A DNA stretch of 61,630 bases, filler included, from Thermodesulfobacteriota bacterium (GCA_036381125.1; 4 parts of 4 records of this genome joined end to end with filler, not necessarily neighbours in it); one strand, 5' to 3'; shown: positions 33,949 through 44,849, counted from the whole stretch's first letter. Made by a program: numbers and translations. The notes: generated by a model not told the origin, from the letters alone.

Positions 33949-35640
33949 ATGGAGCCCGTCCTGCGAGAGCGCCTCAAGTGGTCGCTCCTCCTCAGGGTCG
34001 TCGTCGTGACCGTCATGCTCGGGGCGGCCGCCGGCCTGCAGGCCGGGGTGCGCGAGCCGCTGGTCCCGCCGCCGCTCACGGTGCTGTACCTGCTGATCGG
34101 GCTCACGTACGCCCTCACCGTGGTCTACGCGCTGGCGCTGCCGCGGCTCCGCCCGGCGCCGCTCCACCTCTTCGCGTACGGCCAGGTGCTCCACGACCTC
34201 GGCTTCGCGAGCGTCACGGTCGCCTTCACGGGCGGTCTCGAGAGCCCGTTCGTCGTCCTCTACACCCTCGGGATCGTGAACGCGGGGCTCCTGCTCTACC
34301 GCCGCGGCACGGTGCTGGCGGTCTCGCTCGCCGCGCTGTCGCTCGTGCTGGTGACGCAGGTCCCCCCGGCGTGGCTGCCCGGCCAGGGAGAGGGGCCGCT
34401 CGACTGGCTTGCCGCCTCGAGCGCGCGGGCCGGCAGCGACCGCACCGACCTCGTCCTGGTCCTCTCGCTGGCCGGCTTCGTCGCCATCGGCGCCCTCGCG
34501 TCGTACCTGGCCGACCAGCTCCGGCGCGCCTCCGAGCGGCTCGAGGCCAAGTCGGTCGACCTCGCCGAGCTGGAGGCGATGAACCGCCTCATCGTCCAGA
34601 GCATCCAGAGCGGGCTCCTCACCGTGTCGCCCGACGGCCGGGTCACGTCCTTCAACCGGGCGGCGCACGGCATCACCGGCCGGGCGCCGGCCGACGTGAT
34701 CGGCCGGCCGGTCCGCGACCTCTTCCCGGGCATCGACCTCGACCGGCCGGTGCGGGGCGAGCGCTGGGAGGTGGAGTACACGCGCCCCTCGGGCGAGACG
34801 CTGACGCTCGGCTTCTCGGTGTCGGCGCTGCGCGACGAGCCGGGCAACCCGGCCGAGGCGCCGCGGAGCCTGGGGCGGATCGTCCTCTTCCAGGACCTGA
34901 CGCCGTACAAGGCGCTCGAGGAGGAGGTCCGGCGCGTCGACCGCCTGGCGGCGGTGGGCAAGCTCGCCGCCGGCATGGCGCACGAGATCAGGAACCCGCT
35001 CGCCTCGATGAGCGGCTCGGTCCAGCTCCTCAGGGAGGAGCTGGTGACGGCGAGCCGCGAGCACCGCCGGCTCATGGACATCATCCTCCGGGAGACCGAC
35101 CGGCTCAACGAGCTGATCACCGACTTCCTGCTCTTCGCCCGCCCGGGGACCCCGAGGCGGGAGCCGGTGGACCTGGCCGCCGTGATCGAGGAGACGGCCG
35201 CGCTGGTCGGCACGGGGCGGGAGCGCGCGGTGGAGCTCGACGTCCGCCTCGAGCGACCGCTGCCGATGGTCGGCGACCCGCGCGAGCTGCGCCAGGTCTT
35301 CTGGAACCTCGTCGTGAACGCCGAGCAGGCGATGCCGCGAGGGGGCCGCATCGAGGTCGCCGGCCGTCTCGTCGCCGGCGGATCGATCGAGGTGACGGTC
35401 AAGGACGGCGGCAGCGGGATCGCCGCCAGGGACCTCGAGCGGATCTTCGACCCGTTCTTCACCACCAAGCCGAACGGGACGGGTCTCGGCCTGGCGATCG
35501 TCCACCGGATCGTGCAGTCCCACGGCGGCACGATCGCCGTGGCGAGCCGGCCGGACGCCGGCACCACGTTCACGCTCAGGCTGCCCGCCGCCGAGGCGCC
35601 GGCCCCGGCGGGCGTCGCCCTCAACGACCGAGCCGCGTAG
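33949..35640 (+). CDS. pilS: Sensor histidine kinase PilS
   Basis: N-terminal TM region, PAS-like domain, AHEIRNPL H-box, PFFTTK, GTGLGL; between pilC and pilR. Confidence 0.88.
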   Translation: MEPVLRERLKWSLLLRVVVVTVMLGAAAGLQAGVREPLVPPPLTVLYLLIGLTYALTVVYALALPRLRPAPLHLFAYGQVLHDLGFASVTVAFTGGLESPFVVLYTLGIVNAGLLLYRRGTVLAVSLAALSLVLVTQVPPAWLPGQGEGPLDWLAASSARAGSDRTDLVLVLSLAGFVAIGALASYLADQLRRASERLEAKSVDLAELEAMNRLIVQSIQSGLLTVSPDGRVTSFNRAAHGITGRAPADVIGRPVRDLFPGIDLDRPVRGERWEVEYTRPSGETLTLGFSVSALRDEPGNPAEAPRSLGRIVLFQDLTPYKALEEEVRRVDRLAAVGKLAAGMAHEIRNPLASMSGSVQLLREELVTASREHRRLMDIILRETDRLNELITDFLLFARPGTPRREPVDLAAVIEETAALVGTGRERAVELDVRLERPLPMVGDPRELRQVFWNLVVNAEQAMPRGGRIEVAGRLVAGGSIEVTVKDGGSGIAARDLERIFDPFFTTKPNGTGLGLAIVHRIVQSHGGTIAVASRPDAGTTFTLRLPAAEAPAPAGVALNDRAA

Positions 35641-35652
35641 GAGCCCTGTGGG

Positions 35653-37056
<1,404 letters not shown>

Positions 37057-37173
37057 ACCCGCCGGGGTCGGGTCGCACCCGTCTTCCCGGTGAACCGGCT
37101 CCGACTCGATGCCGGACGTCCGGCCACCGGGCGGAGCCGGTGGTGGGCCGAGGGCCGCGAAGCCCGAGGCGGT

Positions 37174-37319
37174 GCCGCCCACGGACCGCACTGTCGGCGC
37201 TCGGGCCTCCGGCCCGGGGCCGCTGGCGCGGAGTGCCGGGGATCGGCGCCTGTCCTCGCGGGCCGCCCACGGACCGCACTGTCGGCGCTCGGGCCTCCGG
37301 CCCGGGGCCGCTGGCGCGG
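37174..37319. repeat. Two identical 58-bp hairpin-forming direct repeats separated by 30 nt
   Basis: GCCGCCCACGGACCGCACTGTCGGCGCTCGGGCCTCCGGCCCGGGGCCGCTGGCGCGG at 37174-37231 and 37262-37319. Confidence 0.92.
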
Positions 37320-37530
37320 CCCGCATTCACGCTACTTGCCTGCGGTGACGGGGAGCGGCACCTCAGACGCGTCCCGGGGCACCACGTGCCGTGGAGTGAC
37401 GCAGCCTGCCGGGGGTGGGACGCAAGGCGCGGCGCCGGGACGGCAGGCGGGGCGCCCCAAGTGGCCGAAAGCGCATGAGCCCGGGGGGGCGGCCCCGGAG
37501 TCACGGCGGCCTGGCGAGGAAGGGGTCGCC

Positions 37531-37546
37531 TGGCACGCCCTCTGCA
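37531..37546 (+). promoter_or_regulatory. Sigma-54 promoter of pilA
   Basis: TGGCACGCCCTCTGCA with GG-N10-GC, about 80 nt upstream of pilA and next to pilR. Confidence 0.8.
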
Positions 37547-37627
37547 CGGTTGCCGCTGTGCAACCCACTGCCGCAAGCCGGGTGGTCCGGTCGACGCGGC
37601 GGGATGATCAGCAAGGAGTCGTGATCA

Positions 37628-38119
37628 ATGCGGACCACGCGCAAGAGCACGAAGGGCTTCACGCTCATCGAGCTCATGATCGTCGTGGCGATCATCGGTA
37701 TTCTCGCCGCGATCGCCATCCCGAACTTCCTCCGGTTCCAGGCCAAGGCTCGGCAGTCGGAGGCCAAGACCTCGCTCGCCGCCATCTTCACGGCGCAGAC
37801 GGCGTTCTTCGCCGAGAACAACAACATGGGCGGCAGCTTCAACGCCATCGGCTGGTCGCCGTCGGGTGAGCCGAAGTACGACTACGCGATGTGGGACGAC
37901 ACCGAGGGGACCAAGACCGGGACCTTCATCGCGGTCGCCCAGGGCATCGACGCCGCGTGCGGCGCGGCGATGGACACCTCGGTCCAGGTGGTCGAGTTCA
38001 CCGCCTGCGCGGCCGGCAACGTCGACAACGACCCCGACACCGACCGCTGGATGGTGAACGACGACAAGAACCTCACCCAGGATCAGACTGACTGCCCGGG
38101 CTGCTTCAACGACGTGTAG
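37628..38119 (+). CDS. pilA: Type IV-A major pilin
   Basis: Class III signal KG/FTLIELMIVVAIIGILAAIAIPNF, KARQSEAK, C-terminal GNVDND..D.W; AAGGAG RBS. Confidence 0.93.
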   Translation: MRTTRKSTKGFTLIELMIVVAIIGILAAIAIPNFLRFQAKARQSEAKTSLAAIFTAQTAFFAENNNMGGSFNAIGWSPSGEPKYDYAMWDDTEGTKTGTFIAVAQGIDAACGAAMDTSVQVVEFTACAAGNVDNDPDTDRWMVNDDKNLTQDQTDCPGCFNDV

Positions 38120-38143
38120 TCCGAGCGGTTCGTCCGGAACCCG

Positions 38144-38243
38144 NNNNNNNNNNNNNNNNNNNNNNNNNNNNNNNNNNNNNNNNNNNNTTAATTAATTAAN
38201 NNNNNNNNNNNNNNNNNNNNNNNNNNNNNNNNNNNNNNNNNNN
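38144..38243. other. Artificial contig spacer
   Basis: N run with TTAATTAATTAA. Confidence 0.97.
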
Positions 38244-39479
38244 ATGCTTCCGGCGCTTTCGGTCGTCGAACTCGCAAGCGGCATCGCCGGGCCGCTCGCC
38301 GGCGTGCGCCTCGCCGACCTGGGCGCGGCGGTCGTCAAGATCGAGCCGGCCGGCGGCGACTGGCTGCGAGGCGCCGCGCCGCCGATGCCCGACTCCGACA
38401 CGAGCGCGGCCTTCTTCGCGCTCAACCGGGGCAAGCGGTCGCTCGCGCTCGGCGCGCATCCGCAGGCCGCGGCGCCCCTGCTCGACGCGCTGCTCCGGAA
38501 GGCGGACGTGCTGATCACCGACCGGAGCGACGCCGAGCTTGCCGCGCTCGGGATCGCCGGCCCGGACAGCGTCGTTTGCCCGGCGAACACGAGGCTGATC
38601 CGCGTCCACGTCAGTCCCCTGGGCCGGCGCGGGCCGATCGCGCACTACCAGGGATCCGAGCTGACGACGCAGGCCATGGCCGGCTACACGCGCTATCTCG
38701 GCAGGCACGGCGAGCCGGCGCGGCGGCTCGGGGCCGACGTCGCCTCGGTGAGCACCGGCATCTTCGCGCTCCAGGCCGTGCTCGCCGCGCTCATCGCGCG
38801 CAACCGCACGGGTAAGGGGCAACGGATCGACCTCTCGCTGCTCAACTCGCTGCTCTCGATGAAGAGCATCCACCTCGCCGCGCAGTCCGACCCCGACGTC
38901 TACGCCGGGCCGCGCGTGGGCGGCGCCAACTATCCGCCCGAACGCGGCTGGAAGACGGCCGACGAGCCGATCTTCTTCTCCTTCGGCGGATCGGTCGGCG
39001 CCGAGGGCCGGCCGGGCTGGGTCGAGTTCGTCAAGGAGATCGGGGAGGAGCGGCTCCTCGAGGACCCCCGCTTCGATCACCGGGGACGCAACTCCACCGG
39101 ACACGGCGTCGACGTCCACGACCTCCGGGGCGAATACGAGAAGGCGTTCGCCCGCTTCCCGGCCGAGACGCTCGTGGAGACCATCCGCAAGCACTCCGGC
39201 AACGCCTCCTCCTACATGCGCGCCGATCAGACCCTCGCGCATCCGCAGACCGCGGCGCTCGGCATCGTGCGAGAGGTGGAGACGGCCGAGGGCGGCACGG
39301 CGAAGGTGCGCGCGTTCCCCGCGCGCTACTCGCGGTCGACGCCCGGCCTCCGGGGCCGCGCACCCGGACTCGGCGAGCACGCCGCCGCGATCGCTGCCGA
39401 AGTCGGCATTCCGGCGGAGGAGCTGGAGCGTCTGAGGCGCGCGGGCGGGATCGCCGGCCCTGCCGACGCCACGGCGTGA
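38244..39479 (+). CDS. Family III CoA-transferase (CaiB/BaiF) homolog; 5' end at contig edge
   Basis: AGPLAGVRLADLGAAVVKIEPAGGD, LNRGKRS, ADVLI, TGKGQRIDLSL, APGLGEH. Confidence 0.88.
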   Translation: MLPALSVVELASGIAGPLAGVRLADLGAAVVKIEPAGGDWLRGAAPPMPDSDTSAAFFALNRGKRSLALGAHPQAAAPLLDALLRKADVLITDRSDAELAALGIAGPDSVVCPANTRLIRVHVSPLGRRGPIAHYQGSELTTQAMAGYTRYLGRHGEPARRLGADVASVSTGIFALQAVLAALIARNRTGKGQRIDLSLLNSLLSMKSIHLAAQSDPDVYAGPRVGGANYPPERGWKTADEPIFFSFGGSVGAEGRPGWVEFVKEIGEERLLEDPRFDHRGRNSTGHGVDVHDLRGEYEKAFARFPAETLVETIRKHSGNASSYMRADQTLAHPQTAALGIVREVETAEGGTAKVRAFPARYSRSTPGLRGRAPGLGEHAAAIAAEVGIPAEELERLRRAGGIAGPADATA

Positions 39480-39489
39480 CGGCGAAGCG

Positions 39490-39894
39490 ATGACGACCGA
39501 AGGCCGGCAGCCGCCCGGGTGGCGCTCGTTTCCCCCCTTCTACGCGTTCCTCGGCCTGAGGCTCGACGCCCTTGCCGACGGCGTCTGCGTGGTCCGCCTG
39601 CCCTTCAGACCCGACTTCGGCAACTCGCGGGGCGACGTGCACGGGGGCCTCGTGGCGTCGCTGCTCGACATCACGCTGTCGCAGGCGGTCCGCTCGGCGC
39701 ACGCGGGCAGCAGCGTGGCGACGATCTCGCTCACGGTGAACTACCTCTCGCCGGCGAAGGGCGAACTCGTCTGCCGCGGCGAGGTCTCGCGCCGCGGGCG
39801 CACCGTCGCCTTCGCGGAAGGCGAGGTGCGCGACGAGCGGGGCACCCCGGTCTGCCGCGCGAGCGGCACGTACCGGCTTCTGACGGCGAAGTGA
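39490..39894 (+). CDS. PaaI-family hotdog thioesterase
   Basis: NSRGDVHGGLVASLLD, TISLTVNYLSP. Confidence 0.87.
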   Translation: MTTEGRQPPGWRSFPPFYAFLGLRLDALADGVCVVRLPFRPDFGNSRGDVHGGLVASLLDITLSQAVRSAHAGSSVATISLTVNYLSPAKGELVCRGEVSRRGRTVAFAEGEVRDERGTPVCRASGTYRLLTAK

Positions 39895-39939
39895 CGGCCG
39901 CCCGTGCTCGCCGCTCGCGCGGCGAGCACGCCCCGGTCC

Positions 39940-41154
39940 CTACGCGGGCAGCGGGTCCCCCACGTTCAGGACCGGCAGCTTCGTCTCGAGGATGCCGGGG
40001 TACTTGAGGCCGGTACCGGTGTTGAGGAGGAGCACGGTGTCGTCCGGCCGCAGGAATCCGCGGGCCAGGAGGGCGCGCGCGGCGGGGACGAGCGCCGCCC
40101 CCTCGGGGCAGACGAAGGTCCCCTCGAGGCGCGAGACGTCGCGCAGGCCCTGCATCGTGTCGCGATCCTCCACGGCGATGCAGGTGCCGCCGGTCGCCCG
40201 CACCGCCTCGAGCACGAGGAAGTCGCCGAGGGCCTTGGGCACCCGGATCCCCTGCGCCACGGTCTCGGCCCCTTCCCAGGGGACCGACGCGTCCTTGCCC
40301 TCCTCGTACGCCTTCACGATGGGGGCGCAGCCGGCCGCCTGGACCGCGACGAGCTTCGGGAAGGGCCGGCGCACCCAGCCGAGCGCCTCCATCTCGAGGA
40401 GCGCCTTGTAGATCCCGATGATCCCGACGCCGCCGCCGGTGGGGTAGAGGATCGCGTCGGGCAGCCGCCAGTCAATCTGCTCGGCGATCTCGTACCCCAT
40501 CGTCTTCTTGCCCTCGATGCGGTACGGCTCCTTGAGCGTGGCCGCCTCGTACCACCCGCGGGCGGCCGCGGCCGCGGCGATCATCCTGCCCGCGTCGGAG
40601 ATCTGCCCCCGCACCATGTACGCCGTGGCGCCGACGGCCACCGACTCGAGCACCGACATCGGCGGCGCATCGGTCGGCATGCAGAGGACGACCTCGATGC
40701 CGGCCCGCGCGCCGTAGGCGGCCCAGGCGCCGCCCGCGTTGCCGTTGGTCGGCATGGCCACCGCCCGAACCCCGAGCTCCGACGCGCGCGAGATGCCGGT
40801 GGCGGCGCCGCGCGCCTTGAAGGTGCCGGTCGGGTTCACCCCTTCGTCCTTCATGACGAGCTTCGGCAGCCCGATCGCCGCGCCGAGCCGCGGCAGGGGC
40901 AGGAGCGGCGTCATCCCCTCGCCGAGCGTCACCACCCGCTTCGGGTCCCTGACCGGCAGGAGTTCGTGATAGCGCCACGGCGACGGCTCGCGTCCCGCCA
41001 GCGCCTCGCGCGGCAGGGCACGGCGCACCGCCTCGAGGTCGTAGCGGACCAGGAGCGGGCTGCCGCAGCCGCAGAGGTGCTGCACGCGGTCGGCGTCGAC
41101 GCGCTGCCCGTCCCGCGGGCACTCGAGATGCGTCATGAACGAGAAGGCGGTCAT
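39940..41154 (-). CDS. thrC: Threonine synthase (PLP, fold type II)
   Basis: VTLGEGMTPL, KDEGVNPTGTFKARG, TNGNAG, EPYRIEGKKTMGYE, YPTGGG, NTGTGLKY. Confidence 0.88.
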   Translation of the reverse strand: MTAFSFMTHLECPRDGQRVDADRVQHLCGCGSPLLVRYDLEAVRRALPREALAGREPSPWRYHELLPVRDPKRVVTLGEGMTPLLPLPRLGAAIGLPKLVMKDEGVNPTGTFKARGAATGISRASELGVRAVAMPTNGNAGGAWAAYGARAGIEVVLCMPTDAPPMSVLESVAVGATAYMVRGQISDAGRMIAAAAAARGWYEAATLKEPYRIEGKKTMGYEIAEQIDWRLPDAILYPTGGGVGIIGIYKALLEMEALGWVRRPFPKLVAVQAAGCAPIVKAYEEGKDASVPWEGAETVAQGIRVPKALGDFLVLEAVRATGGTCIAVEDRDTMQGLRDVSRLEGTFVCPEGAALVPAARALLARGFLRPDDTVLLLNTGTGLKYPGILETKLPVLNVGDPLPA

Positions 41155-41171
41155 GCGCTACATAATACTCC
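41155..41171. promoter_or_regulatory. Bidirectional promoter with overlapping -10 elements
   Basis: 17-bp gap GCGCTACATAATACTCC between divergent ATGs; CATAAT on plus, TATTAT on minus. Confidence 0.65.
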
Positions 41172-42359
41172 ATGGCGACGCTGATCCTGCGAGGCGCGGC
41201 GCTCCTCGACCCCCCGGAGTCGGCGCCGGTGAACGGCCGGGCCGTCGTGGTCCGGGACGGCCGGATCGAGGCCGTCGTCCCCGATCGCGAGGCGCCGGCG
41301 GGGACGACCCTGCGGCTCGACGGGCTCACCCTCCTGCCCGGCCTCGTCAACGCCCACGTCCACCTCGGCCTCGGCGCCGAGCCGGACCCTGCGAAGGTCA
41401 TGCTGGCCGAGCCGCTGGCGGCGACCGTCGTGAAGATGCTCGTCCGGGCACGGGAGACGGTCGAGGCCGGCGTCACGACGGTCCGCGACCTCGGCGGGCG
41501 GGACTACGCCGAGCTGGCGGTGCGGGACGCCATCCGGGCCGGGCTCGTCCCCGGACCGCGCGTCCTCGCGGCCGGCAAGATCATCTGCATGACGGGCGGG
41601 CATGGCCACTGGGCCGGGCGCGAGGCCGACGGGCCGATCGACATGCGCCGGGCGGTCCGCGAGCAGGTCAAGGCCGGCGCCGACCTCGTGAAGCTCGTCG
41701 CGACCGGCGGGGTCATGACGCCGGGCGTCGAGCCGGGGGCGCCGCAGCTCGAGCCGGACGAGATCGCGGCCGCCGTGGCCGAGGCCCGAAAGGCCGGCCG
41801 CCGCACGGCGGCCCACGCCATGGCCGCCTCCGGCATCGCCGCCGCGGTGGAGGCCGGCATCACGACCATCGAGCACGGCGTCTTCCTCACCGAGGCGATC
41901 TGCGAGCGGATGGCGCGCGAGCGGGTCTTCCTCGTCCCCACCCTCGCCGCGCCCGAACGGATCGCCGTGGGCGGCATCGCGGCCGGCATCCCCGAGTTCA
42001 TGGTGCGCAAGTCGAACGCCGTCGTCGAGCGCCACATGGAGAGCGTCCGCCTCGCCCACCGGATGGGGGTGCCGATCGTGGCCGGCTCCGACGCCGGCAC
42101 GCCGCTCAACCCGCACGGCAGCCTGCTGCCGGAGCTGGCGCTCCTCGTGCGGGTCGGCCTCTCTCCGATCGAGGCGATCCGCGCCGCCACGACGACGGCG
42201 GCCGAGGCGCTCGGGCTCGGCGACACGATCGGGCGCATCGCCCCGGGGTTCGCGGCCGATCTCCTGGCCGTGCCCGGCGACCCCACGGCGCGGATCGAGA
42301 CGATTGGCGATCCGCGACTGGTAATGGTAGAAGGGAAAGTCCTGGTGCATCGACACTGA
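41172..42359 (+). CDS. Metal-dependent amidohydrolase (Xaa-Pro dipeptidase-like)
   Basis: PGLVNAHVH, GVTTVRDLG, KLVATGG, AAHA, IEHG, GSDAG. Confidence 0.88.
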   Translation: MATLILRGAALLDPPESAPVNGRAVVVRDGRIEAVVPDREAPAGTTLRLDGLTLLPGLVNAHVHLGLGAEPDPAKVMLAEPLAATVVKMLVRARETVEAGVTTVRDLGGRDYAELAVRDAIRAGLVPGPRVLAAGKIICMTGGHGHWAGREADGPIDMRRAVREQVKAGADLVKLVATGGVMTPGVEPGAPQLEPDEIAAAVAEARKAGRRTAAHAMAASGIAAAVEAGITTIEHGVFLTEAICERMARERVFLVPTLAAPERIAVGGIAAGIPEFMVRKSNAVVERHMESVRLAHRMGVPIVAGSDAGTPLNPHGSLLPELALLVRVGLSPIEAIRAATTTAAEALGLGDTIGRIAPGFAADLLAVPGDPTARIETIGDPRLVMVEGKVLVHRH

Positions 42360-42371
42360 GGAGGTGGCGTC

Positions 42372-43898
42372 ATGTTCCGCGTCCTCCCCCTGGCCCTCGC
42401 GGCCGCGCTCCTCGTCTCGCTGTCCGCCGCGAGCGCCGCGCCGGCCGCCACGTTCCGCATCGCCATCGGCATCGACCCCGACACCCTCGATCCCATCGGC
42501 ACCACCACGACGACGGCCGGCAACGTCGTCGACTACGTCGCCGAGGGGCTCACCCGGCTCGAGCCATCGGGCAAGGTCGTCCCGCACCTCGCGGAGAGCT
42601 GGACCATCTCGGAGGACGGTCGCCAGTACACGTTCAAGCTGCGGCGCGGGGTCACCTTCCACGACGGCACTCCATTCGACGCGGCCGCCGTCAAGTGGAA
42701 CCTCGACCGCGTCGCCGACCCGAACGTCAAGGTGCCGATCCGCACCCCCTACCCCATCGAGAAGACCGAGGTCGTCGACAGCCACACGATCAGGGTGACG
42801 CTGAAGCACCCGTTCGCGCCCTTCATCGCCGGGCTCTCCTGGACGACGGCGGCCATGCTGTCGCCCGAGGGGGTGAAGAAGGCGGGCAACGACTACGCGA
42901 ACTACCCGAACATCGTCGGCACCGGTCCCTACACGCTCGGGGAGCGCAAGCGCGGCGAGAGCATCACGCTCAACGGCTTCCCGAAGTACTGGGGGCAGAA
43001 GCCGTACTACGACCAGGTCCTCGTCCGGATCGTCCCGGAGGCGGCCACGCGCGAGAGCCTCATCCTCGCCGGCCAGGTCGACCTCATGATCCTGCCGCCC
43101 ATCGCCGACATCCCGGCCCTGCAGCGGAACCCGGCGGTGAAGGTCCTCCTCGCGCCGAGCGACCGTACGATCTTCATCGCGATCAACACCAACAAGCTCA
43201 AGGACAGGCGGGTCCGCCAGGCCATCAACTACGCCGTCGACAAGTCGGCGATCATCAAGAACGTCCTCTTCGACGCGGCCGACGTGATGGACGGCCCGAT
43301 GGCGCCGTCGCTCTTCGGCTACTGCAAGGTCGGCGAGTACGGGTTCGAGCCGCAGCGGGCGAAGCAGCTCCTCAAGGAGGCAGGCGTCCCGCAGGGCGCG
43401 CGCATTCAACTGATGCACCCGACCGGGCGGTACGTGCAGGATCGCGAGGCCGCCCAGGCCATCGCCGGCTACCTCCGCGAGGTGGGGCTCGACGCGCAGC
43501 TCACCACGACCGACTGGCCGACCTACATCAAGACGATCATGGCGCCCCCCGAGAGCAACACCACCGAGCTGCACCTCCTCGGCTGGGCCCCGGCGTTCCT
43601 CGACGCGAGCCAGCAGATGGCGCAGTTCACCTCGGACAACCACCCGCCGAAGGCGCTGGCGACGAGCTTCTACAAGAACCCCGAGGTCGACCGGCTCGCC
43701 GCCCAGGCCGAGCAGGAGACGGACCCGGAGAAGCGGAAGGACCTCTACTGCCAGGTCTCGAAGCTGATCTGGGAGGACGCGCCCTGGCTCTTCCTCTGGG
43801 TGCAGCGCTTCCCCGTGGTCTACTCGGCCAAGGTGACCAACGTCGAGGCACTCCCCAACGAGAAGTTCTGGGCGCTCTACGCGCGGCCGGCCCGATAG
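42372..43898 (+). CDS. Peptide/glutathione-type ABC transporter substrate-binding protein (family 5)
   Basis: Signal peptide, LAESWTISEDG, FKLRRGVTFHDGTPFDA, GTGPY, VRQAINYAVD. Confidence 0.9.
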   Translation: MFRVLPLALAAALLVSLSAASAAPAATFRIAIGIDPDTLDPIGTTTTTAGNVVDYVAEGLTRLEPSGKVVPHLAESWTISEDGRQYTFKLRRGVTFHDGTPFDAAAVKWNLDRVADPNVKVPIRTPYPIEKTEVVDSHTIRVTLKHPFAPFIAGLSWTTAAMLSPEGVKKAGNDYANYPNIVGTGPYTLGERKRGESITLNGFPKYWGQKPYYDQVLVRIVPEAATRESLILAGQVDLMILPPIADIPALQRNPAVKVLLAPSDRTIFIAINTNKLKDRRVRQAINYAVDKSAIIKNVLFDAADVMDGPMAPSLFGYCKVGEYGFEPQRAKQLLKEAGVPQGARIQLMHPTGRYVQDREAAQAIAGYLREVGLDAQLTTTDWPTYIKTIMAPPESNTTELHLLGWAPAFLDASQQMAQFTSDNHPPKALATSFYKNPEVDRLAAQAEQETDPEKRKDLYCQVSKLIWEDAPWLFLWVQRFPVVYSAKVTNVEALPNEKFWALYARPAR

Positions 43899-43919
43899 GC
43901 CGGCCGCGCCCCGGCGCGC

Positions 43920-44849
43920 ATGTCCGGGTTTCGTCGGTACCTGATCACGCGTCTCCTGGCGTCGGTGGTCACGCTCTTCGGCGTGGCCACCCTCGTCTTC
44001 GTCATGGTGCGGGTCCTGCCCGGGGACCCGGCGCGGGTCGTGGCCGGCGTCTTCGCCACCGATGAGGAGGTGCAGCGCATCCGGGCCCGCATGGGGCTCG
44101 ACCGGCCGCTCCCGGAACAGTACGGCGTCTTCCTCGGACGCCTCGTGCAGGGCGACCTCGGCACCTCCGCACGCACCAACGAGCCGGTCCTCGTCGAGGT
44201 GGGCGCCCGCCTCGGCAACACCATCGGCCTCGCCGTCCTCTCGTCGGCCATCGCGGCGCTGCTCGGCGTCGGCGCCGGGGTGCTCGCGGCCGCCCGGCCG
44301 TACTCGGCCGTCGACTACCTCCTCTCCACGGTCACCCTCTTCGGGGTCTCCATGCCGGTCTACTGGCTCGGGCTCATGCTCATCATCGTCTTCGCGATTC
44401 ACCTCGGCTGGCTGCCGGCGGCCGGCGCCGATGGGCCGGCCAGCATCGTGCTGCCGGCCCTCACGCTGGCCGCCTTCTCCGTGGCGCTGGTCACGCGCAT
44501 GACGCGGGCGAGCATGCTGGAGGTCCTGGGGCAGGACTACGTCCGCACGGCGCGGGCGAAAGGGGTGCCCGAGGGCGTCGTCATCTTCCGTCACGCGCTG
44601 CGCAACGCGACCATCCCGATCCTCACGACCATCGGCCTGCAGTTCGGCGCCCTCCTCGGCGGCGCCGTGCTCACCGAATCGGTCTTCGGCTGGCCGGGGA
44701 TCGGGCTGCTCCTCGTGGACTCGATCTTCGCCCGCGACTACCCGGTGGTCCAGGGGATCGTGCTCGTCTTCGCCGCGCTCTTCATCCTCACGAACCTCGT
44801 GGTCGACCTCCTCTACGCCTGGGTCGACCCCCGCATCCGCTATGGCTGA
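43920..44849 (+). CDS. Peptide ABC transporter permease (DppB/GsiC-like)
   Basis: LPGDPA, GDLGTS, QDYVRTARAKG, HALRNA, TESVFGWPGIG, RDYPVVQG, DPRIR. Confidence 0.92.
   Translation: MSGFRRYLITRLLASVVTLFGVATLVFVMVRVLPGDPARVVAGVFATDEEVQRIRARMGLDRPLPEQYGVFLGRLVQGDLGTSARTNEPVLVEVGARLGNTIGLAVLSSAIAALLGVGAGVLAAARPYSAVDYLLSTVTLFGVSMPVYWLGLMLIIVFAIHLGWLPAAGADGPASIVLPALTLAAFSVALVTRMTRASMLEVLGQDYVRTARAKGVPEGVVIFRHALRNATIPILTTIGLQFGALLGGAVLTESVFGWPGIGLLLVDSIFARDYPVVQGIVLVFAALFILTNLVVDLLYAWVDPRIRYG

Noticed and set aside
37174-37319. Mini CRISPR array (repeat-spacer-repeat)
   Set aside because: Only two units, 58 bp is longer than typical CRISPR repeats, no cas genes and no AT-rich leader
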